Counted from the first letter of the stretch, positions 35,761-45,832 are shown. The stretch is DNA of 64,000 bases from Bacteroidota bacterium (GCA_947447995.1 CANFLQ010000003.1:2742-66741), one strand, 5' to 3'. The notes: generated by a model from the sequence alone, not told the origin. A program made the numbers and translations.

Positions 35761-35789
35761 ATTTAGGATGCAAAGGTATAATAAAAAGC

Positions 35790-36857
35790 TTACATTTTTT
35801 TACTTAACTCTACTTCAAGCATTAAATCAGCATATTTTTTTCGTATAAAGATAAATATTAGAGAAAATATAAATCCTATAATACTACCAAAAATCAAACC
35901 TTTTAATGCTGAAATTTTCCCCGAAGGTTCAATTGGAAAACTTGGTTGGTCTATAATTTGAAGGAATGGTGTATCTTGTAACAATGTAAATTTGGAAACT
36001 TCTAATTGTTTAATACCCTCAATATATATTGAGTTAGATACTTCTATATTTCTTCTTAATTGCATCTCCCCTATCATCCCTTGCGCTTTTACTAATTGAA
36101 AATTAGAGTCTTTCCATCTAGCAAGAGCGAATTCTGCATTCTTTAGGGCTATTGCTATTGAATCAACTCTATTTTGAATAATACTTAAATTTACTTTTCC
36201 TTTTTGGGTAATTCTATTGACATAAAACTCTGTTAATGCTTCTACCAAATATTGGTTAAAATATTTTGAAAATGATTCCGATGTTGAATTTGTTGTAATT
36301 GTAATTATTCCACTTTTTGATTTTTCAGTTGTTAATATGTTTTTTAATATTTGGGAATTAAACATTTTAAAAATTTGATTCTCTAAAATGGTTAAATTTT
36401 CTTTGTCATGTGTAAATCTAAATTTTTTTAATGAATCATTCAATTCCCAAGTTTTTTTATATCCAAATAAATCGATAAAATGATTTGCTAATAAATCATT
36501 TTTTGAATTAATTGCTGCTGTTTTAAATAAGGCTGTTTTAATAATTGTTTCTGCTTTAATTATTTCAATTAATTTTTCATCATTTATTTCTGACGAAGAC
36601 CCTCCGTTCATTAAACCAAACTGGCTGGCTAAAGCAAGTGCTCCTCCCATAGACCCGCCTTTATTAGAAGTTTCCAACATCATGGTAGAGCTTGCAGTAT
36701 ATTTAGGTTTTGAATTGTAAGCATATAAAAAACCTACTATTGCACTAAAACTGATAAAAACAAGTATAATGTACCATTTGTTTTTAAATTCTGTAAATAA
36801 GTCCTTTATACTTTTTAGTATATCAATTAAACTCAATTCATCCTCTTCTTGCTCCAT
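35790..36857 (-). CDS. wzz: Wzz-type chain-length determinant protein (no kinase domain)
   Basis: EDELSLIDIL then TM1 (WYIILVFISFSAIVGFLYAY), a long coiled periplasmic region and a C-terminal TM2 (LIFGSIIGFIFSLIFIFI). This is PCP topology. Confidence 0.8.
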   Translation of the reverse strand: MEQEEDELSLIDILKSIKDLFTEFKNKWYIILVFISFSAIVGFLYAYNSKPKYTASSTMMLETSNKGGSMGGALALASQFGLMNGGSSSEINDEKLIEIIKAETIIKTALFKTAAINSKNDLLANHFIDLFGYKKTWELNDSLKKFRFTHDKENLTILENQIFKMFNSQILKNILTTEKSKSGIITITTNSTSESFSKYFNQYLVEALTEFYVNRITQKGKVNLSIIQNRVDSIAIALKNAEFALARWKDSNFQLVKAQGMIGEMQLRRNIEVSNSIYIEGIKQLEVSKFTLLQDTPFLQIIDQPSFPIEPSGKISALKGLIFGSIIGFIFSLIFIFIRKKYADLMLEVELSKKM

Positions 36858-36872
36858 GTGTTTGTTCTAAAT

Positions 36873-39272
36873 TTATTTTATTGTTATTCTAGAAATTAAC
36901 AAATACAAGGTTATTAATCCTGTTAATTTAATAGTGCCTTTTTCAATTGCATTATTCCAATCTACTGTTTCACCCTCCCCTTTTTTTCTTTTTTCTTGTT
37001 TTAGTTTCTTCTTTTCTACCACAGTTATACTTGACCCTTTGGGTACTTTTGGGTAAATTCTAAAAAAAAGAAAATGATGTGTTCTTTTAATAACTCCTCC
37101 ACCTGAAGTTAAATAAGTACGTTTTTTATCGGCTTTTTCACTAAAACCTAATCCGTAGTTTTTTATGTAATATTTTACATTTTTTTCTTCACTATATGGA
37201 GCATTTATTTGATGTAAAGAATCAATATTCGGATAATTTATACTACCCATAATTTGAATCAAATCAATAGCTTTAGGTATAGTTAATTTATCTCCATCTC
37301 TAAGTATATAATTGTATTTAGATGTACTATCTTTTAAAACCGCATCTAATTTTAGAACAAGCGAACCTACATTATTTTCATTTCTAACTAATTTAGCTCC
37401 TTCAGAAAAGCCCCATTTTGTTAATCCTCCAGCTCTATTTATTACATCGGATATTTTTTCGTCTTTACTTAACAATGTATAAACCCCTGGATACATGACT
37501 TCCCCCTCAAGAACAATGTTTTTTTGTAATTCAAATTCAGGATCTGTTCTAATTAAAATTTGATCATAAGGTTGAATCAAGAAATCTTCAGAAGCTTTAT
37601 CTATTGTTAAATCATTTCCAATTTGAATTGTTTTTACTAATGTTCTTATCGGAAAAAAAGTTTTTGAACTTTTATCAAAATCAATTGCTCTTGATATTTC
37701 AATTCGTGTTCTCGATGCTTCTTTCTTTAACCTTCCTGCAAGATACAATGCGTCTTTAAGCGTCAAACCTTCTCCATAAACAAATTTACCGGGACTTCTA
37801 ATAGCTCCCAACACTTCAAAAGTAAATTCATCCTTAAAATAGGATTTAGAAAATATTTTAATTATATCAAAATTTTGTAGTTTAATATTGTCTCTTGAAG
37901 AAGTATCCTTTAATACATTTTTTAAACTAAAAGGAATATATTTTTTTGACATATCATCGCTAAGGCGAATAATGTATGCTCTGCTATCAAACACATCATA
38001 TAAAACGCCCTCTGCTCTTTTTAGAATGTCCGATACTCTATCACCCAATTTTATTTCATATTGACCAGGTAATTTTACGGGGCCAATTAAATCAACATAA
38101 TTATTGTATCCTTTTTGAATTTCCCTTACCATAACTTCGTCCCCATTCAATAGCGTAAAATCTTTTTTTGCAATCATTAAACTATCATAATTAACATCTA
38201 TAATTATTTGCTGTTCATTCAAATAACGTTTTATTTGAATGCTATTTCTTGAAGCATTTGCTTCAAACCCTCCTGCAAAATTTATTAATGTTTCTAAATT
38301 TTCGTTTCCAATTAGTTCATAACCAATTGGCCTTTTTACCTGACCAGTAATTTTTACTATACGTTCAGCAGTTGAAATAAATAAATAATCATTGTTTTCT
38401 AAGAAATAGTCTTGTTTGCTATCCGGATTTAAAAGGTATTCATAAACATCCAATGTTTTTATAGTTTGCCCTCCTCTTTTTAGATATATTTTACGAACTG
38501 AACCAATTTTACGTATACCACCAACGGTAACTAATGCATTAAATGCTGTATTTACTGATGGTATAGTAAAAGCCCCTGGATTATTTACTTCTCCTACCAC
38601 GTTAACTGTAATTACTTTGGAATAAGTAAGAGTTACGTCAATCTGCGAATTATTTAAGTCGTAAACTCTCGAAAATTTACTTGTAATTAAAGCTTTTGCA
38701 TTTTTGAAAGTTAATCCACTCAAATAAATTCGCCCTACTAATTTTGGATTAATTGCTCCATTTTCATCAATTAAAAATGCTTCATTGTAATCAGAATATC
38801 CCCAAATTGCTATACTTAAGTTATCTCCAACACCAAGTATGTAATTATCTGGCGCTTTAAGCTGATTTGATTTGTCATAGAATTTGATATTGTTATTTTT
38901 AAAAAAAGAATGTCCAAAAATGGTTTCACTATCTGTGCTAACTGTCAGTATTGCTTTTTCAACACCAGTAATTATAGTTTGTTCTTTTTGTTGTTTTAAA
39001 TTTAAACTATCTTGCTTTAAATCTTGGTTAGATTTAAGATTTTTTTGTTGAGCTGTATTTCTATTTTTTTCAGCTAACTTTCTAGCTTTAAACGCTGTAA
39101 TTTGTTTTACCTCATCATCCGTTGCTCCCATCGCTTTTAATTTTAAAGGACTTGGGATATCTTGTGGATTTATGGTATTTGTGTCAATTGTTGATGGTAA
39201 TTGTCGTACTTGAGAAAAAGAATTTAAGGAGAAAACTACTCCGAACAAATAAATAATAAAAAGATGTTTCAT
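36873..39272 (-). CDS. Polysaccharide export outer-membrane protein (Wza-like, multi-SLBB)
   Basis: Signal peptide, Poly_export-like YILGVGDNLSIAIWG and several SLBB-like repeats. 799 aa is the typical Bacteroidota size. Confidence 0.85.
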   Translation of the reverse strand: MKHLFIIYLFGVVFSLNSFSQVRQLPSTIDTNTINPQDIPSPLKLKAMGATDDEVKQITAFKARKLAEKNRNTAQQKNLKSNQDLKQDSLNLKQQKEQTIITGVEKAILTVSTDSETIFGHSFFKNNNIKFYDKSNQLKAPDNYILGVGDNLSIAIWGYSDYNEAFLIDENGAINPKLVGRIYLSGLTFKNAKALITSKFSRVYDLNNSQIDVTLTYSKVITVNVVGEVNNPGAFTIPSVNTAFNALVTVGGIRKIGSVRKIYLKRGGQTIKTLDVYEYLLNPDSKQDYFLENNDYLFISTAERIVKITGQVKRPIGYELIGNENLETLINFAGGFEANASRNSIQIKRYLNEQQIIIDVNYDSLMIAKKDFTLLNGDEVMVREIQKGYNNYVDLIGPVKLPGQYEIKLGDRVSDILKRAEGVLYDVFDSRAYIIRLSDDMSKKYIPFSLKNVLKDTSSRDNIKLQNFDIIKIFSKSYFKDEFTFEVLGAIRSPGKFVYGEGLTLKDALYLAGRLKKEASRTRIEISRAIDFDKSSKTFFPIRTLVKTIQIGNDLTIDKASEDFLIQPYDQILIRTDPEFELQKNIVLEGEVMYPGVYTLLSKDEKISDVINRAGGLTKWGFSEGAKLVRNENNVGSLVLKLDAVLKDSTSKYNYILRDGDKLTIPKAIDLIQIMGSINYPNIDSLHQINAPYSEEKNVKYYIKNYGLGFSEKADKKRTYLTSGGGVIKRTHHFLFFRIYPKVPKGSSITVVEKKKLKQEKRKKGEGETVDWNNAIEKGTIKLTGLITLYLLISRITIK

Positions 39273-39397
39273 ATATAATATTTTTGAAGTGGTATGCGTA
39301 TAATTAAAAATTGAATAATAATCCCTTTAAGAATGTTAAATTAAAATACTATTAATGTTTAATTTATAATCTCTCATTAATATTATTTAGTCATAAA

Positions 39398-40522
39398 TTA
39401 AGCTTTCGTTTTAAATTTTTTTATTTTTTTTTGCAACCACAATTTTCTTCGTAAATTATTAAAAGAAAGATTAATGCGATAAAAGAAATAAATAAGACAA
39501 AGTATAAAAAAAAATAGCACTCCTATCAAATAAAGATGAGTAATTTTAGTAGCCAAAAAAACGACTCCTGCAATAAATAATATATTAAAAACTCCTATAA
39601 AAAAACTCGCACGACGGTGCGACAAACTTAAATAATCTATCAAAAGGTGGTGTATATGATTTCTGTCGGGGGAAAATGGTCCTTTTTTATTTATAATTCG
39701 AATTGTAAACACGCGCGCTGTATCAAAAATTGGTACAATTAAGATAGCCATGACCACCAATGGTAAGTTTTCTAAAAGAAAAGGCAATTGTTGCAAATGG
39801 AAGGATGGAACGGCGAATAAACGAATTACTTGAAAAGCAATAACAAAACCTATAATTAGAGATCCTGTATCTCCCATAAATATTTTTTTTTTCGAAGATA
39901 TATTAAAACGCAGAAAGGCTGATAAACTTCCTGTCATTATCAAACTTATTCCGAAGAAAAAATACAGATGTAACACATAAAAAAATGCCCCAATAACTCC
40001 AAAGATAATTATACCTACAACTGAAGCTAATCCATCTATTCCATCAATCAAATTAAAGGCATTTATGATTGCAAGCATAATAAAGGCACTTAATGGGAGT
40101 GAAATATAAAGAGCTATATTTTCGATACCCAAAAAGCCATGAAGACTTAGGATTTGAAAGTCTGGATGTTGTAATATAAAAATTATTGCCAATAATTCGG
40201 CTCCAATCTTAGTAAATGGCGACAAAACAATTAAATCATCTTTTAAACCAATAATAAACAATATGAGCAATCCTGGAATTAACGAGATTGAATTATTGGT
40301 TTTATCCCAAATCTCCAAAAAATAAATTCCCAATACAATAACGATGTAAAAGGCTATTCCACCAAGACTTGGAACTTTTTTAATATGAGAGCTCCTGTGA
40401 TTGGGATTTTCCATTAAACGTTTATAGGTCACCACATTAATAATTCTTGGAATTATAAAGTATGTAGTAAAAAAACTACCTATTAGCAACCCTGAAAAAT
40501 ATAAATAATATAAATCCTGCAT
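39398..40522 (-). CDS. Undecaprenyl-phosphate HexNAc-1-phosphate transferase (MraY/WecA family, initiating transferase)
   Basis: About 10-11 TM helices, motifs GLKDDL and NAFNLIDGIDGLA, and FMGDTGSL. Confidence 0.88.
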   Translation of the reverse strand: MQDLYYLYFSGLLIGSFFTTYFIIPRIINVVTYKRLMENPNHRSSHIKKVPSLGGIAFYIVIVLGIYFLEIWDKTNNSISLIPGLLILFIIGLKDDLIVLSPFTKIGAELLAIIFILQHPDFQILSLHGFLGIENIALYISLPLSAFIMLAIINAFNLIDGIDGLASVVGIIIFGVIGAFFYVLHLYFFFGISLIMTGSLSAFLRFNISSKKKIFMGDTGSLIIGFVIAFQVIRLFAVPSFHLQQLPFLLENLPLVVMAILIVPIFDTARVFTIRIINKKGPFSPDRNHIHHLLIDYLSLSHRRASFFIGVFNILFIAGVVFLATKITHLYLIGVLFFFILCLIYFFYRINLSFNNLRRKLWLQKKIKKFKTKA

Positions 40523-40535
40523 ATATCTAGTAAAT

Positions 40536-40559
40536 ATTTCAAGCTTTAGAGCTTGAAAT
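40536..40559. repeat. Perfect 10-bp hairpin 13 nt upstream of the WecA-like start codon
   Basis: ATTTCAAGCT-ttag-AGCTTGAAAT. Confidence 0.8.
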
Positions 40560-40764
40560 TACCAAAACCACCTTTAAAATCAATCATGAAAAATATATTT
40601 AATCTTGGAATTAAATTAAAGTTTACAAAGTTAATACTTTTCATTTATTCATAGAGCTAAAGTATCCTTTATTGATATTTAAAAGCTATATAGGTATTAA
40701 TCACAAAGGTAATTTTATTTTTTTATATACTATGAGCCTGTTTAAATATTCTTTAAAATTATTT

Positions 40765-41160
40765 ATACGCCGTCCCTAAGGGCTTAAAATTATATTAATT
40801 ACCCATTTATATTTTGATAGCTTATTGTTGATTTAGATGGAGCCCTGTCAATTTCCATGTGGTTAAGGTTCTCAGTTGCGAAACGCAATCCATTACTAAT
40901 ATCCCGAACAGATTGACTTTTTGCAAACTGACAGAAAAGCATTAAAACCAAATGCGTCCAGCTATTAAAACTCTTTTGATGTTTATCGGTTTGACGCTCT
41001 TTTACAAGTTTCGAGAATTTTGTGCGGTCTAATTTTGATATGATTTGAGAAAACAAAGTTATCTTTGTCGTAAGAAAGGGGGAGTTTTTTTTTCTGCACC
41101 TCAAAGATAATCTTTGAGGTGAAAAACTACCCTTTCTTATTTAATCGTTTAGGACGCTAT
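40765..41160 (-). mobile_element. Internally deleted IS4-family insertion sequence remnant (about 400 bp) with degenerate terminal inverted repeats
   Basis: Contains the truncated transposase ORF. The ends ATACGCCGTCCCTAAGGGCTTAAAAT (40765-40790) and the reverse complement of 41138-41160 (ATAGCGTCCTAAACGATTAAATA) align with three 1-nt gaps. A perfect 11-bp hairpin CACCTCAAAGA-taa-TCTTTGAGGTG lies at 41097-41121. Confidence 0.45.
40799..41104 (-). pseudogene. N-terminal fragment (about 90 of about 390 aa) of an IS4-family transposase (DUF4372 N-terminal domain)
   Basis: ITLFSQIISKLDRTKFSKLVKERQTDKHQKSFNSWTHLVLMLFCQFAKSQSVRDISNGL...SKSTISYQN matches the DUF4372 N-terminal region as I recall it. 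No ATG start (TTG in the track), no DDE domain, and a premature stop. Confidence 0.7.
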
Positions 41161-41190
41161 TAATTTCTAACTTATAAATTAATTAAACTT

Positions 41191-41964
41191 TCATACCCAG
41201 CCCCACTTATTGAAGTATTTTACTGCGGATTGTACATGTATTCTCAATAATTTTATATTTCTGTATGATTCTTTATTAAAAGAATGTATTATTTGAACGT
41301 GAGGGTAATATACAGTTTTATATATTTGTCCAATTCTTTTTACCAAATCTGCATCTTCACAATACATAAAAAAACGTTCATCAAACATGCCTTTTTCTAT
41401 GAGTGCTTTGGTTCTCATAAACATGAAGCATCCCGAAAGATTAGGCACTTCCATAATCGTATTATAATTACGGTCTTTAAATTCATATAAGTCATTTTTT
41501 TTTCGAAAAAACTGTTTTATCCAACTCGGCAAAAAGCGTCTCCTAATTAAATTAAATGGGGTTTGTTCCTGTTTACATAAATATTGGAGAGATCCATCGG
41601 GATACAATACTTTAGGCATAACTAAACCTACTTCATTGTTATTATCCATGTATGTCATCAAGCCTTCAATAACTCCTATATCAAAATATATATCTGGATT
41701 TAAAACAACATGATACTTAATCTTAATTTGTATGCTTTTTCGAATTGCAATATTATGTGCTGCACCATAACCAAGATTAGCATTATTAAAGTAATATTCA
41801 ATTCTAGGATCTTTCTCTGATAGACATTGTAACTTATTAGTTGGTGAATTATCTATTAAATACAATTTGACATTTAATTTTGTATTTAAAAAACTATTTA
41901 TTGCCTTTAATACTAATTCTTCAGGGGTATTAAATAATATTATTGAAGCCGTTATATCAAACAT
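41191..41964 (-). CDS. Family 2 glycosyltransferase (rhamnosyltransferase-like)
   Basis: ASIILFNTPEE...LYLIDNSPTN, GYGAAHN and the FMYCEDADLVKR motifs are typical of this GT2 subgroup. Confidence 0.8.
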   Translation of the reverse strand: MFDITASIILFNTPEELVLKAINSFLNTKLNVKLYLIDNSPTNKLQCLSEKDPRIEYYFNNANLGYGAAHNIAIRKSIQIKIKYHVVLNPDIYFDIGVIEGLMTYMDNNNEVGLVMPKVLYPDGSLQYLCKQEQTPFNLIRRRFLPSWIKQFFRKKNDLYEFKDRNYNTIMEVPNLSGCFMFMRTKALIEKGMFDERFFMYCEDADLVKRIGQIYKTVYYPHVQIIHSFNKESYRNIKLLRIHVQSAVKYFNKWGWV

Positions 41965-41988
41965 GAGTATATGGATAATTGAATGAGA

Positions 41989-42867
41989 TTAATTTATTGG
42001 TTTTAACAAAAAATGAAGTAAATAATAGCCACGAACAAAAAAAGCTTCAAAGTATGCAAAAGAAATTTTAGGCTTACCTTTTCTCAAATAAAAAGCACTT
42101 CCAAGTATTGCTCTAATTAGAACAATAAATGCCTGTTTATACATTCTATGTTTTGACAATAAGGCAATAACGCCACATCCATAAGTACTTAACCTTTTTC
42201 TAAGTTGTTTAAATGTAAAAGATAAGTATTTTGTTTCATTTGAAGGATGGTAAGAGTATAACTCCTTATTGTAATAAAATGGATAAAATTTCGTTGCTCT
42301 TATAAAATAGTCTCCATCTTCACCTGCCCCATATTTTGCATTAATACCATATCTTGAATCAAAATAACCTACAGAAATAAAGGTTTGAAAATTTAAAACA
42401 AGATTTACAGCCCCAACTATATTATAATCATATTTACTTAACAGTGCATTGTTTTGATATTTAATTTTTCTGAAAAGATTATTAGTGCCTGTGCAATAAA
42501 CATCAGTTATAATATTGTAATTATCGCCCTTGACTATTTTGTCTTTAATACCTTCGAAAAAAAAATTGTCATAAGACGAATCATCATCAGGGAAGGCAAT
42601 AAATTTTGCCTCAATGCCTTGTTTTAAAATATAACTAATTCCAATATTTCTTGCAACTGAAGAATTCTCCATTTTATTATGCTCAATTACTATAATATTT
42701 GATATGGACAAGCCAACAGGAATTTGCAGTATAATGTTATGCTGATTTACAATCAACAAACAAGTGGATAATTCTACGTTGGAAGACACTACACTATTAA
42801 TCAAATTATAAATATGGTTATGATTACAACAAGTGGATATTAGAATGAGTTCAAACTTTTTATTCAT
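41989..42867 (-). CDS. GT-A fold glycosyltransferase (GT2-like)
   Basis: FELILISTC N-terminal strand, a DxD-like FPDDDSSYD and GAGEDGDYFIR. Confidence 0.6.
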   Translation of the reverse strand: MNKKFELILISTCCNHNHIYNLINSVVSSNVELSTCLLIVNQHNIILQIPVGLSISNIIVIEHNKMENSSVARNIGISYILKQGIEAKFIAFPDDDSSYDNFFFEGIKDKIVKGDNYNIITDVYCTGTNNLFRKIKYQNNALLSKYDYNIVGAVNLVLNFQTFISVGYFDSRYGINAKYGAGEDGDYFIRATKFYPFYYNKELYSYHPSNETKYLSFTFKQLRKRLSTYGCGVIALLSKHRMYKQAFIVLIRAILGSAFYLRKGKPKISFAYFEAFFVRGYYLLHFLLKPIN

Positions 42868-43979
42868 TTTTTTTTATCTAAAATAGTACGATAAGGAACA
42901 TAATATGGGTAGTTTCCTGGTAAATAAAAATTAGTAAGCATCATTGAAAATGACCAAAGTGCTACTAGTAAAAGAACTAAATTTTTGAACAAATTCTCCT
43001 TTAAAAAAATTAGAAAATAAGGGATAAGTAATGCGTCAAATATTTTGATATTCATACTAATCCTAGTCGCTAAAATATATCCTAAAGGAAGTAAAACAAA
43101 ATATAGTATAGCACTCCAAAAATAAATGTTAGATATTTTTTTAAATAGGAGTGATTCAGTTGACAAACTTGAAAAATACAGAGCTAGCATTAAAATAACT
43201 AAACGATGCAATACGGAAATACTAAAAAGTTGTACTTTTGTTCCAAATGCTTCACTTTGTGTGTAAAAATCTATCACACTTAAAAATGAACTCTCTTTAA
43301 CAACAGACAATCCGCCTATTTTTACTAAAATATCACCTACCCCACTAAAACCCCATATTAATGAAATAAAAAGTATTATATACTTCATCCTTATTGTTGG
43401 ATTCAATAAACATAATAAATAAATTACGGGCAAGAATAATGCTGTTTTATGAACAAAATTTGCCATTAAAGCCGATAATATTAATACCCGTACGAAATTT
43501 CCTTTTTTTTTCTCTAAAAGAATTGGCAAAAGGTATAAAAGTATAGCAATAAATAAACCTTGTCTAATACCATTAAATAACAAATTAGCATAGTAAACTC
43601 CATAAATTATTAACCACGAAATAAATGCATTATTAGAATATTTAACTATTGCCTTTTGTATAAAATACAAAGAAATAATCATGTGTAACGCAAATAATCC
43701 AACACTTCCAAAACCTATGTATTTTAAACTAGATATTAAAAATGCATACCCTGGTTCAACAAAAGCCTCTCCTTTTAAATCTAAATTAAAAGGTTCATTA
43801 CCTATTGCGCTAAATATTGATTCGTAACTCTCGTAATCCATCCCAATTTTATATCTTAAAGAGCCAAATAAAGCCATTAAAAAAAATATTACAAGAGAAT
43901 ATTTCTTGTTTATTTTTATAAAAATTGAGACTGAACTTATTATTAATAAAATGATAAACAGTATAATGTATATTGCCAT
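42864..43979 (-). CDS. EpsG-family membrane protein, putative Wzy-type repeat-unit polymerase
   Basis: About 11 TM helices and an early GMDYESYESIF motif typical of the EpsG family. 371 aa. Confidence 0.75.
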   Translation of the reverse strand: MAIYIILFIILLIISSVSIFIKINKKYSLVIFFLMALFGSLRYKIGMDYESYESIFSAIGNEPFNLDLKGEAFVEPGYAFLISSLKYIGFGSVGLFALHMIISLYFIQKAIVKYSNNAFISWLIIYGVYYANLLFNGIRQGLFIAILLYLLPILLEKKKGNFVRVLILSALMANFVHKTALFLPVIYLLCLLNPTIRMKYIILFISLIWGFSGVGDILVKIGGLSVVKESSFLSVIDFYTQSEAFGTKVQLFSISVLHRLVILMLALYFSSLSTESLLFKKISNIYFWSAILYFVLLPLGYILATRISMNIKIFDALLIPYFLIFLKENLFKNLVLLLVALWSFSMMLTNFYLPGNYPYYVPYRTILDKKK

Positions 43980-44701
43980 TATAATTTATTAAGTATGTGT
44001 TTCAAAAAAAAATATAGTTTTATTTTAATAATAGATATTACTCCTATATTATTTTCTAAAGATATTTTTTCATATTCGTTTAGTTGAATATTGTTGTTAT
44101 GATGAGAGAAACCATTGTTATCATAAATGCTTATAATTTCATCAGTTAACTTAAAGTAGACTCCGATATTTTTTAATTTAAAATATTGATCATAATCCGC
44201 AGCTATTTTATACGATATATTAAATAAATTCTCCGCTAATAACGTTCTTTTTATAAACACACTTTGGTGGCAATATGGTATAACCTTCCAATCTAAATGG
44301 ATAGGATATGCTTTTCTGATGATTGTATTCACTTCATCTTTTGCAATACATGTGTTTCCGTATAATACATCGCAATCTTTTAATAAGGATGAAATTCTAT
44401 CTAAAACACCTTTAGAATGAAATTTATCACCTGCGTTTAAAAACAAAATCCATTCGCCACTGGAAACTATAATACCTTTATTCATAGCATCATAAATACC
44501 TTTATCTGGCTCACTCAACCATTTATCTATTTTGTTTTCATATTTTTTTATAATATCTATTGTACCATCATTCGATCCTCCATCAATAATGATATACTGG
44601 ATATTGGGATATGATTGTGATATTACACTTTGAATTGTCTTTTCGATATATCCTATACAATTATACACAACTGTAATAATTGTTATTTGTGGGGATGTCA
44701 T
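43979..44701 (-). CDS. Family 2 glycosyltransferase
   Basis: ITIITVVYNC...YIIIDGGSNDGT...DKGIYDAMNKG...FLNAGD. Confidence 0.85.
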   Translation of the reverse strand: MTSPQITIITVVYNCIGYIEKTIQSVISQSYPNIQYIIIDGGSNDGTIDIIKKYENKIDKWLSEPDKGIYDAMNKGIIVSSGEWILFLNAGDKFHSKGVLDRISSLLKDCDVLYGNTCIAKDEVNTIIRKAYPIHLDWKVIPYCHQSVFIKRTLLAENLFNISYKIAADYDQYFKLKNIGVYFKLTDEIISIYDNNGFSHHNNNIQLNEYEKISLENNIGVISIIKIKLYFFLKHILNKL

Positions 44702-44783
44702 TTCTTAATCGTCAGGTTTATATTTAAAAATTATATGAAAATGTTATTACGTTAACATGATATTAAAAAAAATGTAAATCTTT

Positions 44784-45821
44784 TTAGATTTTTGATGCTA
44801 TTTCATTCAACTCTTCAATTGAATTACAAAAACTCATTTTATCATTCGACTGCTGTTTTAAATAATTAATATTTATATCATATGTTTTTTTGTTACTATA
44901 AGGAAACAGATTTATTATAGAATAGGTTGGCAAATTTGTGTTTTTTGAAAAATGACAGATGGTCACAGTCTCTAGACCTAAACATAAATTAAAAATAGCT
45001 GGATCAATAAATTCACCTGGGATATAACTGGGAATTATATAATCTGCCAATTCTTTAATAGACTTTGGAATTCCTAAACGTGGATGACCTTTTACTATCA
45101 CGCTATATTTTTTTTCTTTAAATAATTCTATAACATTAATTAGCTGAGCATCAAAAAAAATTGGGTTAAATATTTTACTTTCACATGGTGAAACAAAAAT
45201 AAGTAAATAGGGATTTTTAATATTAATAAAATCCAATTTAGCTTTATACTTGCTAAGAATTTCAAGTTTTTTTTCTACATTAAATATCTTAATATTGTAA
45301 TTTTCAATTGGGAATTCTGGGGTCTTTTCCTTTATTTCTACTTTAAAACGTATATCAGTTAATAACTCTAGAATTAATAAATATATTTTGTGTTTAAATG
45401 AAATGTAGTTGCTTTTAATGTATAAAGAAGATGAGTTATCATAATGATTTAAATAATTAATCGCAACCATCCTGTTTTTTGATAATTTGTGAATAAAAGC
45501 AGATGTTAGCCAGTCTTCAAATTTTGAAAAAAAAAACACTTCTGCATGTTTGATTTCAATAAAATATTTTTTCCATAAATTATTTATTCGTCTTCTTTCC
45601 TTTATAAGCAAACTCATTTTATTTAAACTAATAAAATAAGATGGTATAAAAACTAACTGATTTAATTTTAGATTTAAACTAATTAGAAATTTATACATCC
45701 CTTCGACATTGATTACAAAAATAGAAATTTTTTTTTTTTCTTTATTTATATCATATAAATCTAAAACATAAGGCATGTCAGCAGGTGCTTGGCAAAATAT
45801 TATTAACGCATCTTGATTCAT
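44784..45821 (-). CDS. Unassigned glycosyltransferase-like protein; candidate nonulosonic-acid (legionaminic acid) transferase
   Basis: 345 aa, no TM, predicted two alpha/beta halves. It carries VIVKGHPRLG, resembling the HP motif of bacterial GT-B sialyltransferases (GT38/GT52/GT80). It lies between an acetyltransferase and GT genes in a NulO locus. I did not find a clean D/E-D/E-G motif. Confidence 0.35.
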   Translation of the reverse strand: MNQDALIIFCQAPADMPYVLDLYDINKEKKKISIFVINVEGMYKFLISLNLKLNQLVFIPSYFISLNKMSLLIKERRRINNLWKKYFIEIKHAEVFFFSKFEDWLTSAFIHKLSKNRMVAINYLNHYDNSSSLYIKSNYISFKHKIYLLILELLTDIRFKVEIKEKTPEFPIENYNIKIFNVEKKLEILSKYKAKLDFINIKNPYLLIFVSPCESKIFNPIFFDAQLINVIELFKEKKYSVIVKGHPRLGIPKSIKELADYIIPSYIPGEFIDPAIFNLCLGLETVTICHFSKNTNLPTYSIINLFPYSNKKTYDININYLKQQSNDKMSFCNSIEELNEIASKI

Positions 45822-45832
45822 TTCGGGATAAT

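Noticed and set aside
35761-35789. Looked for a PyrR-binding attenuator/antiterminator leader upstream of pyrR
   Set aside because: The gap to the preceding gene is 29 bp with no hairpin, so there is no space for a Bacillus-type attenuator.
40799-41104. Possible functional transposase gene
   Set aside because: It has only about 100 codons, no ATG and no DDE catalytic domain, and covers only the DUF4372-like N-terminus. I treat it as a pseudogene or IS remnant.
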